From Podarcis cretensis (Eukaryota): 64,000 nt of DNA. Positions 41,432 to 54,350 of this stretch are shown here, piece after piece (within the stretch, counting starts at the first letter, position 1; each line of letters begins with the position of its first letter). The stretch covers positions 17,732,001-17,796,000 of the forward strand of contig OX638153.1 of assembly GCA_951804945.1 (NCBI GenBank), read 5' to 3'. Both the position numbers and the translations under genes were made by a program. Under the pieces are notes generated by a model. The model had not been told where the DNA came from. It saw only the letters and a program-made list of their open reading frames with translations, and made no database searches.

Positions 41432-44400
41432 TATTAGACAACACACGTTATTCAATGGCATTAGAAAAATATGTAGTGTTTATTGGGGAATTAACACATG
41501 GTGGCTATATCCGATAGCTGACATAGTACAGTGATGATGTGCAACAATATCAGTATCTGACAGCATCTGGTAGAGAATGTATAATAGAATTTAATAGATA
41601 GATGACAATTCATGAGTCTTGTATTTCATGTCTGCCAAAGTCAAATTAAGAGACACCAACATGTCCAAATCACATACATTTTGAATTTTGAGATTAAAAA
41701 TTGGCATTCAAAATGTGGTTTATATTTCAAATGCGAAATGTCAAACTCAGAATCTGAATGGCAAAACTGGAAAATGCAAAATTTAAATTGAATCAGGGCT
41801 GGGGCTACTGTATTTCCCAGCGTTTATTGACAAATAGTTGCTGCTGTCTGTTCCTACATGACCTTCTTGGTAGTCATCCCAGGCTTTTTTCCCTGAATAC
41901 AGTCATGAGTAGCTTGTTCAGCACTGACAAAACCCATCAGGATACACGCCTCGCCCCCCCAAATAACCTATTCTCTAAATAAGTACAAGTTTCTAAAATC
42001 TCTATCAAGTTTGAAGGAGATTCTGCTCATCCAGTGATGCATACAGAGGGCTCATTCCATGCAATATGGAATTCTGCTTTTTCAACAGTCTCTTTTGTAT
42101 AATATTAGTGGGACAGTTACTGTGTAACTTCATATTTTACTAAATGCTGATGTGCAGCTTGGAACTTAGCTAGCCACTTTGTGAATGTTCTGTTGAAATT
42201 ATTGGCTCCAAAAAGTAGTCAAACGCATTTTAGGGTGCAATCTTACGATCGCTGGGAGCTACAGGGGCCATAGGATAGATCAGAACTACCCCTCCTACTC
42301 TGGAGAGCTCTGACATTGAAAAAGGAGATTAGCAGAGGAGAGCTAATGGGGATGTTCTGGAGGCGATTTGGGAAGCAGCTTGGATCTGAAGATTCCCAAA
42401 TGTTTCCTGCCCCTTAACACGCCCCCAAAGCAGGAGGAAATTGAGAAATGCTTCTGAGACTGTCTCCTCTCTGCCGCCTTTGCCTCCCATTATTTCCAGT
42501 GGGAGGGAAAGAGAGGAAGTTAAGGAAGACTTTATTCGAAGCCTGGAGAGGGATGGAGGAATTTTTTAAAAAGCATTCCTCTGCCCTGCCAGCCTGAGTC
42601 CAGCAGAGGGTGTTGGTTCAGCTGCCATTCGTCATTCATCCACACCCCTAAAGACTGGATTGTTAAAATGACTATTTTGTGAGAAAATATTTTTTCATTA
42701 TGGGTCAGTGGGGGAGGCAGATTACTGTGGGAAAAGGAATGGAATGGGTTTGTGAGATAACATATGTACAAGTGGCAAAGGCCAAAAATAGGCTGCTTTC
42801 TCAATTCCTGGAACTGGGGAAATGGGCGGTTAAGGTAGGAGCAACTATTTGAAGGCATGGCTAAGAAGCTGTGGCAGGATGGAAGTGAGCCCTACTTTGG
42901 TGAGGAGGTGGGTGCCTCTATCCCCTCCACTATGAGGGGATTGTTGCTGCAATGGTCCTTGCCAATGCACCCAACCCCAAAACAAAATTTAACCCATATG
43001 GGAGTATCCACACTGTTCCCATTTAGAGGAACTCCTGTTGGGTTCCTTTGGAAACTTTACACAAAGAATTGTGCATGAATAAATTGCCATGATGGTAGTC
43101 AGCCCAGTTTAATGATTTATGTATGTGAGGCCCACAGAAGCCACTCCTGAACACTGCTGCAGATACATATTGATATTACTTTGGAACTGAGCATAGTTTC
43201 TAGAGAATGTGTGTTATATTTGTTAGGTGTCCAGCTGAAATTTATGTGCTAGAAAATTAGCTGACACGCTGAGGTTTTATTCACCTAGTGGCTTGTTATG
43301 TATAACTTTATGTTGCTTGTAGAATTTTTTTACTTAACAGATTAGAAACGGAAAATATCCTGTTATTTAAAGAAAGGCACATTTTGCCTTTTCTGTCATA
43401 TGTGTTCAAGAGTAGGGTATGCTTTTTAAAAAAGAAGAAGAAGAAGCATGTATGATTCTGAACCAGGTTCTTCACTCTCTAATTAAGTTTGCTCTGATGT
43501 GAACAGATTGGCTGATAGGAATTCATAATGTTAAATCCTGCACAGTGAAGCTAACTGATTGAGTGCTTTAAATTATTCTTCCTGACAAAATGATAAAGTT
43601 ACAGTCTGTTCTCAGATGATCTACAGCTTGCCAGACTCCTACAGCTTCTTTCTATATTCATTTATCTTTTTTGTCAAGCTGGGTTTTATACACACACACA
43701 CATATAGCCATAGATCTTTTAAAGTCATCAGAATATCTGAATTGTTAATGAGGCTCTAAGGGAAGGGTTTCTGACGGGCTGGCTTCAGAAAGGTTGTAGG
43801 GGGTGGAATTCTGGGAAATGTGTACACATCAAAATAATTTCAGCTCCATTTAAAAACCATTTAGTTCAAGTGTGACACATGAACCATTATGCATTTGTGG
43901 AAACCAATTTTGTATGATCTACGATTAAACTAACCTTTCAGAGAGGTGTTAAAATGCACTGGTTCTCATGTTTTAAAAGCCTTGCAAGATCACATAAACA
44001 ATTTCAAACTAACTGTTTTTCAAATACTTGGTATTTAAAATGATATTGAGAGAAGTTAAGTGTGTGTACTTTTTATCTCCCTCGTTTGTCATTACTTTTC
44101 ATCAGATCTGCTGCTTTACAAACTTTGCAGATGGGAGAAAAGCTGGGGCAATTGGTCTGGTCATCTAAGTCTGCTCCCACTCGCTCCCCACAAAGGGGCA
44201 ATCAGTTCCTGGAATTTGAAATTTGTATGAAGCATCTATTTGGGCATGTGTTTCCATGTACTGGTGCAGCATGAGCTGCCCGGAAACAGAGGAGTTGTTG
44301 CTCTCATGGTCTAAATATGATACGTATGCATAATTTTCCTGAGAGATTTTGATGGTTGTGTCAAACTCCTGTTTGTTTCCTTTGCAGTTCTTTAAAAATT

Positions 44401-44752
44401 CTCCCAGAGCCTGACCTCACATTTTGGTTGAAGCAAGGTTTGGCAGTAACACTACTACATTTCCAAGAGTTCTGCGAGAAGAAAGGCACAGATAATCAAG
44501 CTCAGGTAGGCAAGCTTATTTTGGATTATTTTGGAAGGCTCTGCATTCTAGGCTTGTGCTGTGAAATTGCCCATTAGTTTGGGGTTCAAATGTGGTTCAT
44601 GCAAAACCTACATGCAACTTTCTTTTCAGGCTTCTGATATTGCTTGGAGTAAGTTACACTTTATTCCCACAGCAATCAAAGGGACTTGAGTTAGTTGTGA
44701 TCATGACTAATTTGCCTCACTGATTTGAATGGGGTTGAAACTTGATGAACTT

Positions 44753-44840
44753 ACAGTACAATCCTATACATGTCTACGCAGAAATAAGCCCCACTGAGTT
44801 CAGCAGAGCTCTCAAGTAAATTGGTATAAGATTGCAGTCT
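44753..44840. repeat. Short palindromic interspersed repeat (caatcctat...ataggattg type); related copies near 1045, 4545-4730, 39838 and 61360
   Basis: Recurring tacaatcctatacatgtctac..agaa.taagcccca motif with self-complementary ends. Confidence 0.6.
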
Positions 44841-47800
44841 TAGTCTGGGTACAACCCAAAGCAAAACACAATCCAAATATGTCCCCCCACTTCAGTCCTC
44901 GATGTCACTGGAGGAGATTTAAGTATGGGCTACCATTGGAACTTAACTTTGCTTAACTGTGACTAGATTGTACTCTTGGGGTGGTATTCAACTTTTACTC
45001 TTAAGTAGACCTATTGAAATTAATGGACCTAATAGAGTAGATCAACTAGTATTGATAAACATGACCTAAGTAAAACTACATAACCCCCCCCCCCCAAAAA
45101 AAAGGAATGTATAGCTAGATGTAGGGGACGTGTGTACAGAATGCCACTGGATGCACAAACTTTCGTGTGGGGGAGAGAAATACCTTGCAAGTAACAAGTT
45201 TCACAGCAGAATATTTACAATGATAAAAGCAATGTGTGTGTTTGTGGTGGGGTGGATTACCTTGCATGCCTTTTTTTCACTCCCTCTAAATGGCATATTA
45301 AAAGTTCTGCCACCCCCATGCTTGTTTGTTTGGCAGGGAGTATTTTATATGCAGTAGGTGCCAATCAGCTTGCTGGGAAGGCAGAGTGCTCTCATTATAT
45401 CTGAACTGCTTTCACAATTCCTGACTTGGTTTTCCCTGCAAACATGTTTCATGGCATGAACGATGAGGGGCTGAAATAAATGAAGATGCTCAGCTAAGAT
45501 TGTCATCTACATTGCTTCACAGCTCTAGGTTGTTTCTCCTCCTGCACTCCAATCTCACTTGTAAGGTTTTATGTTCTTGAGTTTTCTGTGGGCCAGATGA
45601 GGTGAACATGCAAGCCACATTGCCTGAATTATATGTGTCTGTCTTAATACATGCATAAGGCAGGGTGTGTAGCTTCAGTATTAAAGAATTGTGTGGGTGA
45701 GGAGAGCTGAAACCTTTCCCTTTACCCAGCTTCCATATAGGAAGTGATCCTGATTGAGAAAAAATGAATGTTTTGCTGGTCCCACACAGAAGGAGGGGAT
45801 GAGGGTTTCAAAACCCCTCCCCTGGTCACTCATTTGGATGCTCAAATCACATCTTTAACTGTCCTGCTTTACAAAGTAAACAGACATGATTGCCACCATC
45901 ACCACTAGTCTAGCCCTGAGCTTAGGAAAAACCATCATGTTGTAATTGGGGAACTTTGTGACCCAAGATTAAGGCCGTATATGTAAAGGTGCCTCAGTCA
46001 GCTCAGGATCCACATCCACCATCTTCAGTAATGGATGGTGTAATGGTTCTCAAACTTTTTTCACACTTTCAGAATAAAAATTTACTTGTGCCAAACTGAT
46101 TTTTTATTGATAATAAATGCATTGGAAAACACAACTAGGCTTGTCCTCAGCATCACTTGATGCTCTTGCTCATTTTGAAAAGATATCTATCCATAATCTG
46201 CAAATAATATCGATAGATAGATACGATACTATACTATATTATGCTGAACTGTTTAAATGTTCCTTTGATTGTGCTTGAATCTTCCCACCACACTTGCCAT
46301 CCTCTCCTGTCACACAAGTGTAGCGCACCACACCCTTTGAGAACCACTGGTGTACTGGGACTGTGCCTTTGACCTGACCTCTGTCAGAGGTACTGCAGTA
46401 TACCAGGATATAGAGGGGCATGACAGCAGTAACGTTGGGGCAGTGTAAATGCGCTGGCATGAGCACCACATTGGCTCCACTGGCGGGTTTGTATCGCACC
46501 TGCCATGCAGTCGCCACCCACCCACCCATCCTAGTCTGCTGTAGCTACTCGGCTGGCCAGAGGTCAGGTGAACAGTGCAGCCCAATAATGTTGTCCCCTG
46601 CTTACCAACGTTTTGTCTTCACAAGTTTTCCAAATGCAGCTTACAAATGGACACTTTCTTATTACCACCATGCATTTTAACATCAGTTCTAATCTTCCTG
46701 CAATCGTGGTGCTGGAGCCAGAGCTATACCTCCCACTTACACGAGAGAGGTATCAGACTTTGTTAACGCCAAGGTTTTCTGATACCCCCAAAAACTTTAC
46801 AGAAAAACCTAAGAGGTTGAACCCATCCCTGTCAAACAGCCCCATGATAACTCGGTGGCATGAAATGTTGAATGAATGAAATGAGAGAGAGTGAGAAACA
46901 GAACTGGATGGAAGGGAGTCTGGGGTAGAATGTGTGGACCTAGCTATAAAAAGGATAAAAAGAATCATCTCATTGTCCGGATAGATCATTTTCTGGTTCA
47001 CACTGAAAAGCCATTTTAAAATGTCCTGAGGGATGGAAGTGAGAGCTGCTCATGAAATCAATAGGGAAAGCAGAAATTTTAATCTAGCTGAAACAAAGCA
47101 CAAGTGTGTTCCTCCCCACCAAAACAGGCTGGGGAGGTCTGTGCATACTCAGCGGGCACAAAACGCTCACTAACTGTTGCGGTGCAGAGGGAAATCAGGG
47201 AGCCGGGTTAATGGCTTGACCCTCTGAACAGCAGCATTCCGTACAGCAACATTAAGTTGCAGGGCTCACTTGTGTACATATTTGTTGAAATAGCAACTTG
47301 CACAAAGTGTGAAAGGACGTCACTTGTTTGTGATGTATTAAAGTCAATTCATGGCCTAAATCCTCTAAATTCAGAGGGGGGATAACTAAGCATATAATAG
47401 CTCAATAGGATCCCTGCTTTTATATCTTAAAACCAACCAAGTATGTTCCAGTCCTTACAGTTTTAGTTCGGAGATGTTTGGTGCCTTAGCATTTTGTGCC
47501 ATTGTGGTTTCGAAATAAAAGCAGTTGGGCGACACATCTGCCAGTCGCAGTTTAGCCATCATTCATGTAAAGAAAAATTGTGGGAATAGATGTTCTTGTT
47601 ACTAAAATATGCAAAACAGCTGTGCTCATCAGGCTCATGAAGAGTTCTGCCTTCAGCGGGGAACAAGTTGCCCATTTCTGATCTCAACATAAATGCCCAA
47701 CCAATCCAGCAAGGGAGATCCATGTGCATAAGCAGGCAGTGGACACTGACCTGGATGTGCACCTGCAACCAGAGGCGAAGCTAGCTGTGCCAGCACCAGG

Positions 47801-49300
47801 AGCAGCATACATGCTGTGCACCCGGGGGCGGGGCTAGCTGCCCAGGGGGCGGGGTTAGCTGCCCAGGGGGGCAGGGGAGTATCCTGGGGGGTCACCGCCT
47901 GTGGTGAGTAGCGAGCATCTGGGGGGGCGCGCTGCCTGCGGCGAGTGTCCCTGGGGCATGGGGTGGCAATGTCACCCCCCAGGGATGACATCCGGGGCGC
48001 ACCGCACCCCCTTCCTCTGTTATGCCTGCAACCACACTGCACTGATCGTCTGGCCTCAGTGAACATTGCTGGATGCATCTTTCATTGTGGATGTCCCATC
48101 TTTCAGCACATCTCCATCCCTGCCCTTGGCCACCCACTTGCACTTGCCTACTAGCATGAATAAAGCCCGGGGGGGGGTTGTGTGTAATGCGTCTAGTATT
48201 AGAAGTTAGGCACATTCACATAACATTGTCAGCATGAAAAAAAGCTTGAGGACTTCCAAAATGTTCCCCAAATGTTCTTGCATGCTTACTGTTCCTTTTA
48301 TTTGTCTTTTTCCACTGGTTTGGAGCAGCTTCATAGAGTCAGCTGGCTGCTGCTGCAGTGCCACTCATTTTTTTAAAAAAATCTTTCTCTCCTCGCCATC
48401 ACCAAAACAAGCAAGTCAACATCAGTGAGGGCAAACAAAAGTTAATTCAGGGTGAAGGCAATGCTTCCTAGCTTGCTCACTGGTGATGGGAGTTTTTAAT
48501 GGTGGTGCTGCAGTAGCAGCAGCTAATCAAGGCTGTGAAGATGCTTCCAGTTGCCACACTCCCAGGAGAAAGGAGCCTATATGGAAAGTGGTTTTTGTCC
48601 CCTTTGAGCCCCAAAAATAACTATGGCGGATACCAGGGACTGTGCTAAACTGTTTTGGTTCTGTATCACTGCAGAGTCTTAATACCCTTTGTAATTTGTT
48701 AATTTGCAAATTTGCTAAGCCAGGGCACCTGGAATTATAGTCCAAATTAATTGAAGGGATACCTGTAGGATGTAGTACCATTTCAAATGGGAGATGGCAG
48801 AGACAGGAGGGAATAATAAGCACGTTATTTGGTGTGTGTTTCTCATATAATTTTCACATCTGTTTTTATGTTACAAAGCCTTACGTGCTTTAACACTTTA
48901 TAAACACCTGGGCCTTTATTCAAAGACAATGTTTTCCAAATGAGTAAACAAACCAACAAACAACAACCCCATGCACACTATCTCTACTAAGTGAATCTAC
49001 TTGTATATTGAAAGCAGTGTAGAAATGGGTAGTGATTTAGGGCGCAATTCAGCAAGCAAAGTGGGCGAATACTATTCCAGTGAATGTATGGTGTTCCTGT
49101 GCTGGATCTTGTTAAAAGAATGGAAAGGCCCTATAGCAGCAGTATTTGCTGAATTGAGCTCCTTAGAGGCCCAATTTAAGCAAGGCTTTCATTGATAATT
49201 TTGTGTCAAGAAGAACATTTTCTGGTCTTTTCCCCCTTTTCTTTCTTTCTCTAATACAAACACATAATCTACGATGGACTCCATTTTAGATATACAGTTA

Positions 49301-49579
49301 CAGTGGTGCCTCGCAAGACGAAATTAATCCGTTCCGCGAGTCTCTTCGTCTTGCGGTTTTTTCGTCTTGCGAAGCACAGCTATTAGCGGCTTAGTGGCTA
49401 TTAACGGCTTAGCGGCTTTAAGAAAAAGGAAACAAACTTGCAAGAACTCGCAAAACGTTTCCTCTTGCGAAGCAAGCCCATAGGGAAATTCGTCTTGCGG
49501 AACGACTCAAAAAACGGAAAACTCTTTCGTCTAGCGAGTTTTTCGTCTTGCGAGGCATTCGTCTTGCGGGGCACCACTG
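49301..49579. mobile_element. Young Tc1/mariner-type MITE in a KCNMA1 intron
   Basis: TIRs CAGTGGTGCCTCGCAAGACGAA / TTCGTCTTGCGGGGCACCACTG, TA flanks, CpG-rich, repeated CGTCTTGCG. Confidence 0.92.
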
Positions 49580-50235
49580 TATGCATTTCCTCAGACACAT
49601 TCTTTGCTGCGTCAAATTCATGTGACAACTGCTTTCATATTGACATCCCTTCCATTGTTGGAGGAACCAGGTTGTAGCATTAACAGAAAAGCAGGTCTTA
49701 TGGCAAAGCAGCATATGGAATCCCCACCCGCAATCCCCAGAGTGAGTCTAAATAAATTAGTAACATAATATCAAGTCAATATTCACCACTAGAAATGGGG
49801 AGAGGGGGAAGAATGGTGGTGAATGTATACTGGGTGACAGAAGTGGGGAGATAGAGTGACAAGACAAGATGGCACCACAGGAAAAACAAAAAACAAAAAA
49901 ACAGTTTCACCAAGTGAGCACCTAGTTGTTCAGTTGGGGGGACACGTGCAGTTGGAAATGAAATGCAAGCAGGTGATAGGGTAGAAAAAAGAAACCGCAA
50001 ATGAGAGTTGAGCAACAGCAGCAGCAACAACAGCCAGTTTACTTTGGGTTTAGAAACAAAGCCAAATAAATAAAATTAAAATAGACATTACAACAAATCT
50101 GAAATTAAAAAAAAAAAACTGAATCAAGTTTGGTAACGTGGTTTTTAATGTGTCACAAGTTTCCACAAGGACAAAGTTATAGAAGGAAACCCCACAGCAG
50201 TTTTCTAGCTCATGCAGAACCATCAATTGTCATAC

Positions 50236-50264
50236 CTTGGCCCATTCTATTCATCCTTGTCGCA
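50236..50264 (-). CDS. KCNMA1: KCNMA1 29-nt cassette microexon (N)ATRMNRMGQ that shifts the last exon into the DEC frame
   Basis: ttctctttctaaag/TGCGACAAGGATGAATAGAATGGGCCAAG/gtatga; matches the known NATRMxRMGQ linker of the Slo1 DEC isoform; phases fit (2 in, 1 out). Confidence 0.93.
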
Positions 50265-51918
50265 CTTTAGAAAGAGAAGTAAGCTATGTAAGTTTTACAA
50301 CGCCTTTAAACTGTCACGCGTCCCATTGAGCACTTTAACTGGCACATCCTTGGTGTGTGTTAGAGAATGCCTGATGGCAAAGATCAGGACCTTCTTTTGC
50401 AAAACTGTGCAAATTTATCTTCAGGGTCCAGCACAATGAGTTGGCAGTACTGCTTTGGTCTTACAGGGCAGAGGGTGAGTGGTTGATGGGGATAGGGACA
50501 ATAATAGTCTGAAATGTTTTCCAGTAATGCCAACTTGCAGTCACCCCTCAGTATGTAAGACTGGGAATTCCCAATCAGGATTACAAGTAAGGCGGAAAGG
50601 CTTTAGGCATTGCACCAAACCAGAGGTTGTCAGTAAAAGTGCTTGGCTTCATTGTCAATTCACACAGCAAGCTTCTATAATCATCATGCTTTCTGGAGGA
50701 GGAGAGGGGAGGGGAAATATCTATATAGCAACTCCCCGCATCCCCAATATACTTTCTAAAACATAAAGCACATGCCAGGCAACCAGCTAGCTAATATTTC
50801 TATAAAGGGAAGGGGTAGGACAGAGGAAGTAGGGAGCAAGGAGGTGCAGTTGCAAGGAACTAGTCTTCTGCAATGGATAAATAAGGTGGTGCAGGGCTCC
50901 AAGGTGCAAGCCTGATAGTTTAGAAACATGTTCTGTGAACATTCAATCCTGACTCCATTCCTGTGAACCACATTTAATTCTCTGCAATGTCGTTAGCTTG
51001 GCCAGTGTCTTGCTGAACTACATTATTTATGCACGTTTTTTCCTGAAACTAATGACTAGGTCTTACTGACAAGTAAATGGGTTAGGCACTAGATATGAGC
51101 TACTGATGAGCACAGAGGGTTGCAAGATGTCATTTCAGAGAGCTTCCTGACTGTACAGCAATTCCCCAAAAATGTTCACTGAGTACAAGAGCAGACTTAG
51201 TATATTGGGGCGGCTCTGTGCAGGGTTGTTTCTCCACATACAACGTGCCAATTTTGGGGCAGTGGCATAAGCGAGAACACACCGCAAATCCCTCACGTAG
51301 CCCTGCCTGCATTACAGCTGGTAATTGAGAAGAAATCCCTGAAGCCTCAGCAGGGCCCAGAAAGTATGGGGATGATACCATCATGGAGCCTTCCCTGAAT
51401 GGGCAGAATAATTTCTTTGCTGCTGGAAGGCCATGTTAACAGGGCTATTCCCAGTTATAAGCATGTCTGCTGCTCTAGGAGCAGATTGCTGTTGTTGTTT
51501 ATTAAAAATAAAATAAAATGCATATATTTTTGAGGGAGTGCGAGAGAGACAGAGTGAAGCAAATTTCTAGTTTCAATCCAGAAACAATTGTTCCTCACTA
51601 CTTTGGGAAACTCTGGCTTACTAGTTCTAAAGCAGTGGAATCTTGCAACCCCGATTGAAGGAGTTAGCAATAGGCACTAATGCAAGGCAATCTGTTTTGT
51701 GCGTTCTTTAAATCCTTTCAGGGATTTAAAGGGTATGTTGCCATTAAGTTCAGCAGGTGCCATGCAACAGCTATATTATTATTTACCTTGGCTAAACCCA
51801 TCAACCTAAAGCATGACCCCAGATTTTCCTGTTCATGTGTATGCAAGTTCTTTCTGGAGGTTTTAATAGCACACAATTAAGCTATCAGAATGGGAAGGGA
51901 GTGCACTGATAATAAGAG

Positions 51919-52877
51919 TTTATTGATACGTAAAGTTACTTGCTCTTTTCTGAATAAAATGAGCATGAGCCTTTGCCATAGCGGGAAGGATTTATACCCC
52001 ATTTATTCTGTACATAAGGTGACTAATTCACCTTTTAATAGATATAAAAGTCTCAGGGAGGAAGATTCTAATAAGCTGTATTCTATATTTATGATACACA
52101 TGGCTTTTCTTCCCAAATGTCAAAAGTAAGAGAAAATAGAGTTATTCATGTGGCGGTATAGACAAAAATTAATATGCAATTAGAACATTGTTTTAAAAAG
52201 TGGGGGAGGTTAAATAATTAAAACTGAAGAACTACAGGCCTGGTTATTTTTTTAGTATTTTTGTATTAATGTGAAAAAGGCACTCTCTCTATATATATTT
52301 TTAAAAAGTCCTATGTGCAAGAAACATCCTGATATCGCTTTGGTATAAAAGCAGGTGCAGCAAAACTCTATAAAATAGTGTGAGGCTGTTTCAGCACAAA
52401 AGACTGACCCCTCCCCCTTCAGCACATTTATCTGATGCTTAGAAAAGTAACCACTTTGGTGTTGAATTTCATGTGTGTGAATTATTTTATGCAAGTGCCC
52501 CTTTTACCACACCAGCCTTGCATTAGATAACTTTCTGTGGCTGACAGCACAAAGTCAGTAGTCACACTACACTGTTAGAACAGTTATGGTGGGGGGTTCT
52601 TCGCATCTGCTCTTAACTTTCCCCCCCACCTGCTCTGCGTCATAAATAATGTTTGGTCTGTCTGTTTCGTTGCTGTTGTGCTTAAGGGTTTTATGGTATT
52701 GAAATAAAAAATGACAACCACATGCACACTGTTATACATATGCAAAATATGTGTATAAAAATGGGAACTCCACAGGGGAGGGCTAGGGAGAAGAGGGAAA
52801 GCTACTATTGGACACACCAATTGGGAGGGTATGGGTGGTGGATACAGCTTCACACATGGTGGGAGTGGGTACACGTA
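51919..52877 (-). other. KCNMA1: Probable 3' UTR of the QEDRL isoform with candidate AATAAA (51919-51924; another at 51498-51503)
   Basis: TE-free AU-rich sequence after the stop; plus-strand TTTATT reads AATAAA on the mRNA. The true end cannot be fixed from sequence alone. Confidence 0.5.
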
Positions 52878-53127
52878 TCAAAGTCTATCTTCCTGCACGT
52901 ACTTCTGCTTTTCCCGGGAGTCCCTGGTCTTAGTTCGATTCTGTCGGTTTGCAGTTGCTGGGATAGAATGAACCGATGAGCTTTTCTTGCTAGACGTATA
53001 GGAGGAATGGGAAGAATGGGAGAGACTAGCCCGGGACTGGCCAGCATTGTGGTCGTACTGCATCAAACAGAAGATCCAGTCTGTCGGCACAAGCTCAAAC
53101 TCATAAGGTGGGTTGGCTATAACAAAA
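52878..53127 (-). CDS. KCNMA1: KCNMA1 exon read through to TGA: ERL-type (QEDRL) C-terminus; internal alternative donor after 52903
   Basis: (R)[82 protein letters not shown]; acceptor ttctttttcag; internal donor CAGAA/gtacgt at 52903/52902. Confidence 0.97.
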
Positions 53128-54350
53128 CTGAAAAAGAAAAGAACAGCCGTCTTACTTCCTTTCCATGAGGTTTCCATGCTCTACACAAATAATATCATCA
53201 GCTTGATATTTTCACGCTGAAAGGAAGGGAGTGAGCTTCTACTGTACAGTCATTGCATAGGTATCTGATAAAGGTTGCAGTAGTGTTGTGGGGAGCTGCT
53301 TTTTCATGCATCCATCCCACAGCACTACAGTAAAGGTTCCCAACAACATGTGTGAGGGCCTTGACTTTGAAATGTACTGCTGGTGGAATCCATAGAAGAA
53401 ACAAGCGTTTTCAGGGTCGTGGTGGTTCAACAAATCTGAGTTAAATTTGTCAATCGGAATTTGAAGCAAGTTCGGAGAAGCCTCCCCAAGACAAGACATC
53501 CAAGGTACCTCAAGAGATGTCCCAAGATTTTCAATGAACCTGTTGTAATTTCTCTGTAGCCTTCTGCACATCTCTCACCACCAAAATAATGCAACATCCT
53601 CCCATCTTAATGCATTCAGGGAAAGGATATTTGCATCAGCACAAGAGACAGAAAACAGCTGAGGCCATTTGCAGTTCAAAGGGTGAGCAGCACTGAGGTG
53701 GCTTAAACATCTGGAGGGTGCCAGGTTTGGGAAAAGGTGTCTTGCTATCCCTGCAGCCATGTCTGTAGGAAACAGATCCAAAAGCTGATAGGCAGGAGAG
53801 GAGAGTGTTATAAAGTAAGAAAAGTGGGCTGAACAAGTCATTTTGTCTTGGAAGCAGTTACCTATAATACACTAATGTTTGTGGCAGCCCCCCCTTCCTG
53901 GAATATGCTCTGCCACAGTCGACAGGTTGGGGAAGACAGCTTGTCCTGCAATCTGTGACTCTCTTGATCAGTTCAGATCAGATATTTTTTGTTGTTTGCC
54001 TCTGAACCCTATCTGCGGTAAGTCATATCTTCAGTCTTCCCTTCTCCCTAATTTCCTTCGCCCATTTCTCTTCCTTGACCCTCTTTCCATACTGTGAGTT
54101 TTAACCTATTGCTGTATCTCATTTGCTAACCTGAGAATTGCAGGGGCTTTAAATCCTGTGCCTACTTTGGAGGCAAAACAATTGTTAAGAGGGAAGCAGA
54201 ATGGGGAAATCTTGTATGTGTTTGCTCACCGGTGGTGTTTGTTCATTTACTTTACCTATTTAAACTACCCATATCTCGTGTTTTTACCCAACAAACGTAC
54301 AACATTCAAATGTTGAGAATATCAGATACAGCCATGTCTGGAATTTAACA

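Noticed and set aside
49301-49579. CRISPR-like or iteron-like repeat array
   Set aside because: Short, irregularly spaced motifs inside a TIR/TA-bounded MITE in eukaryotic DNA.
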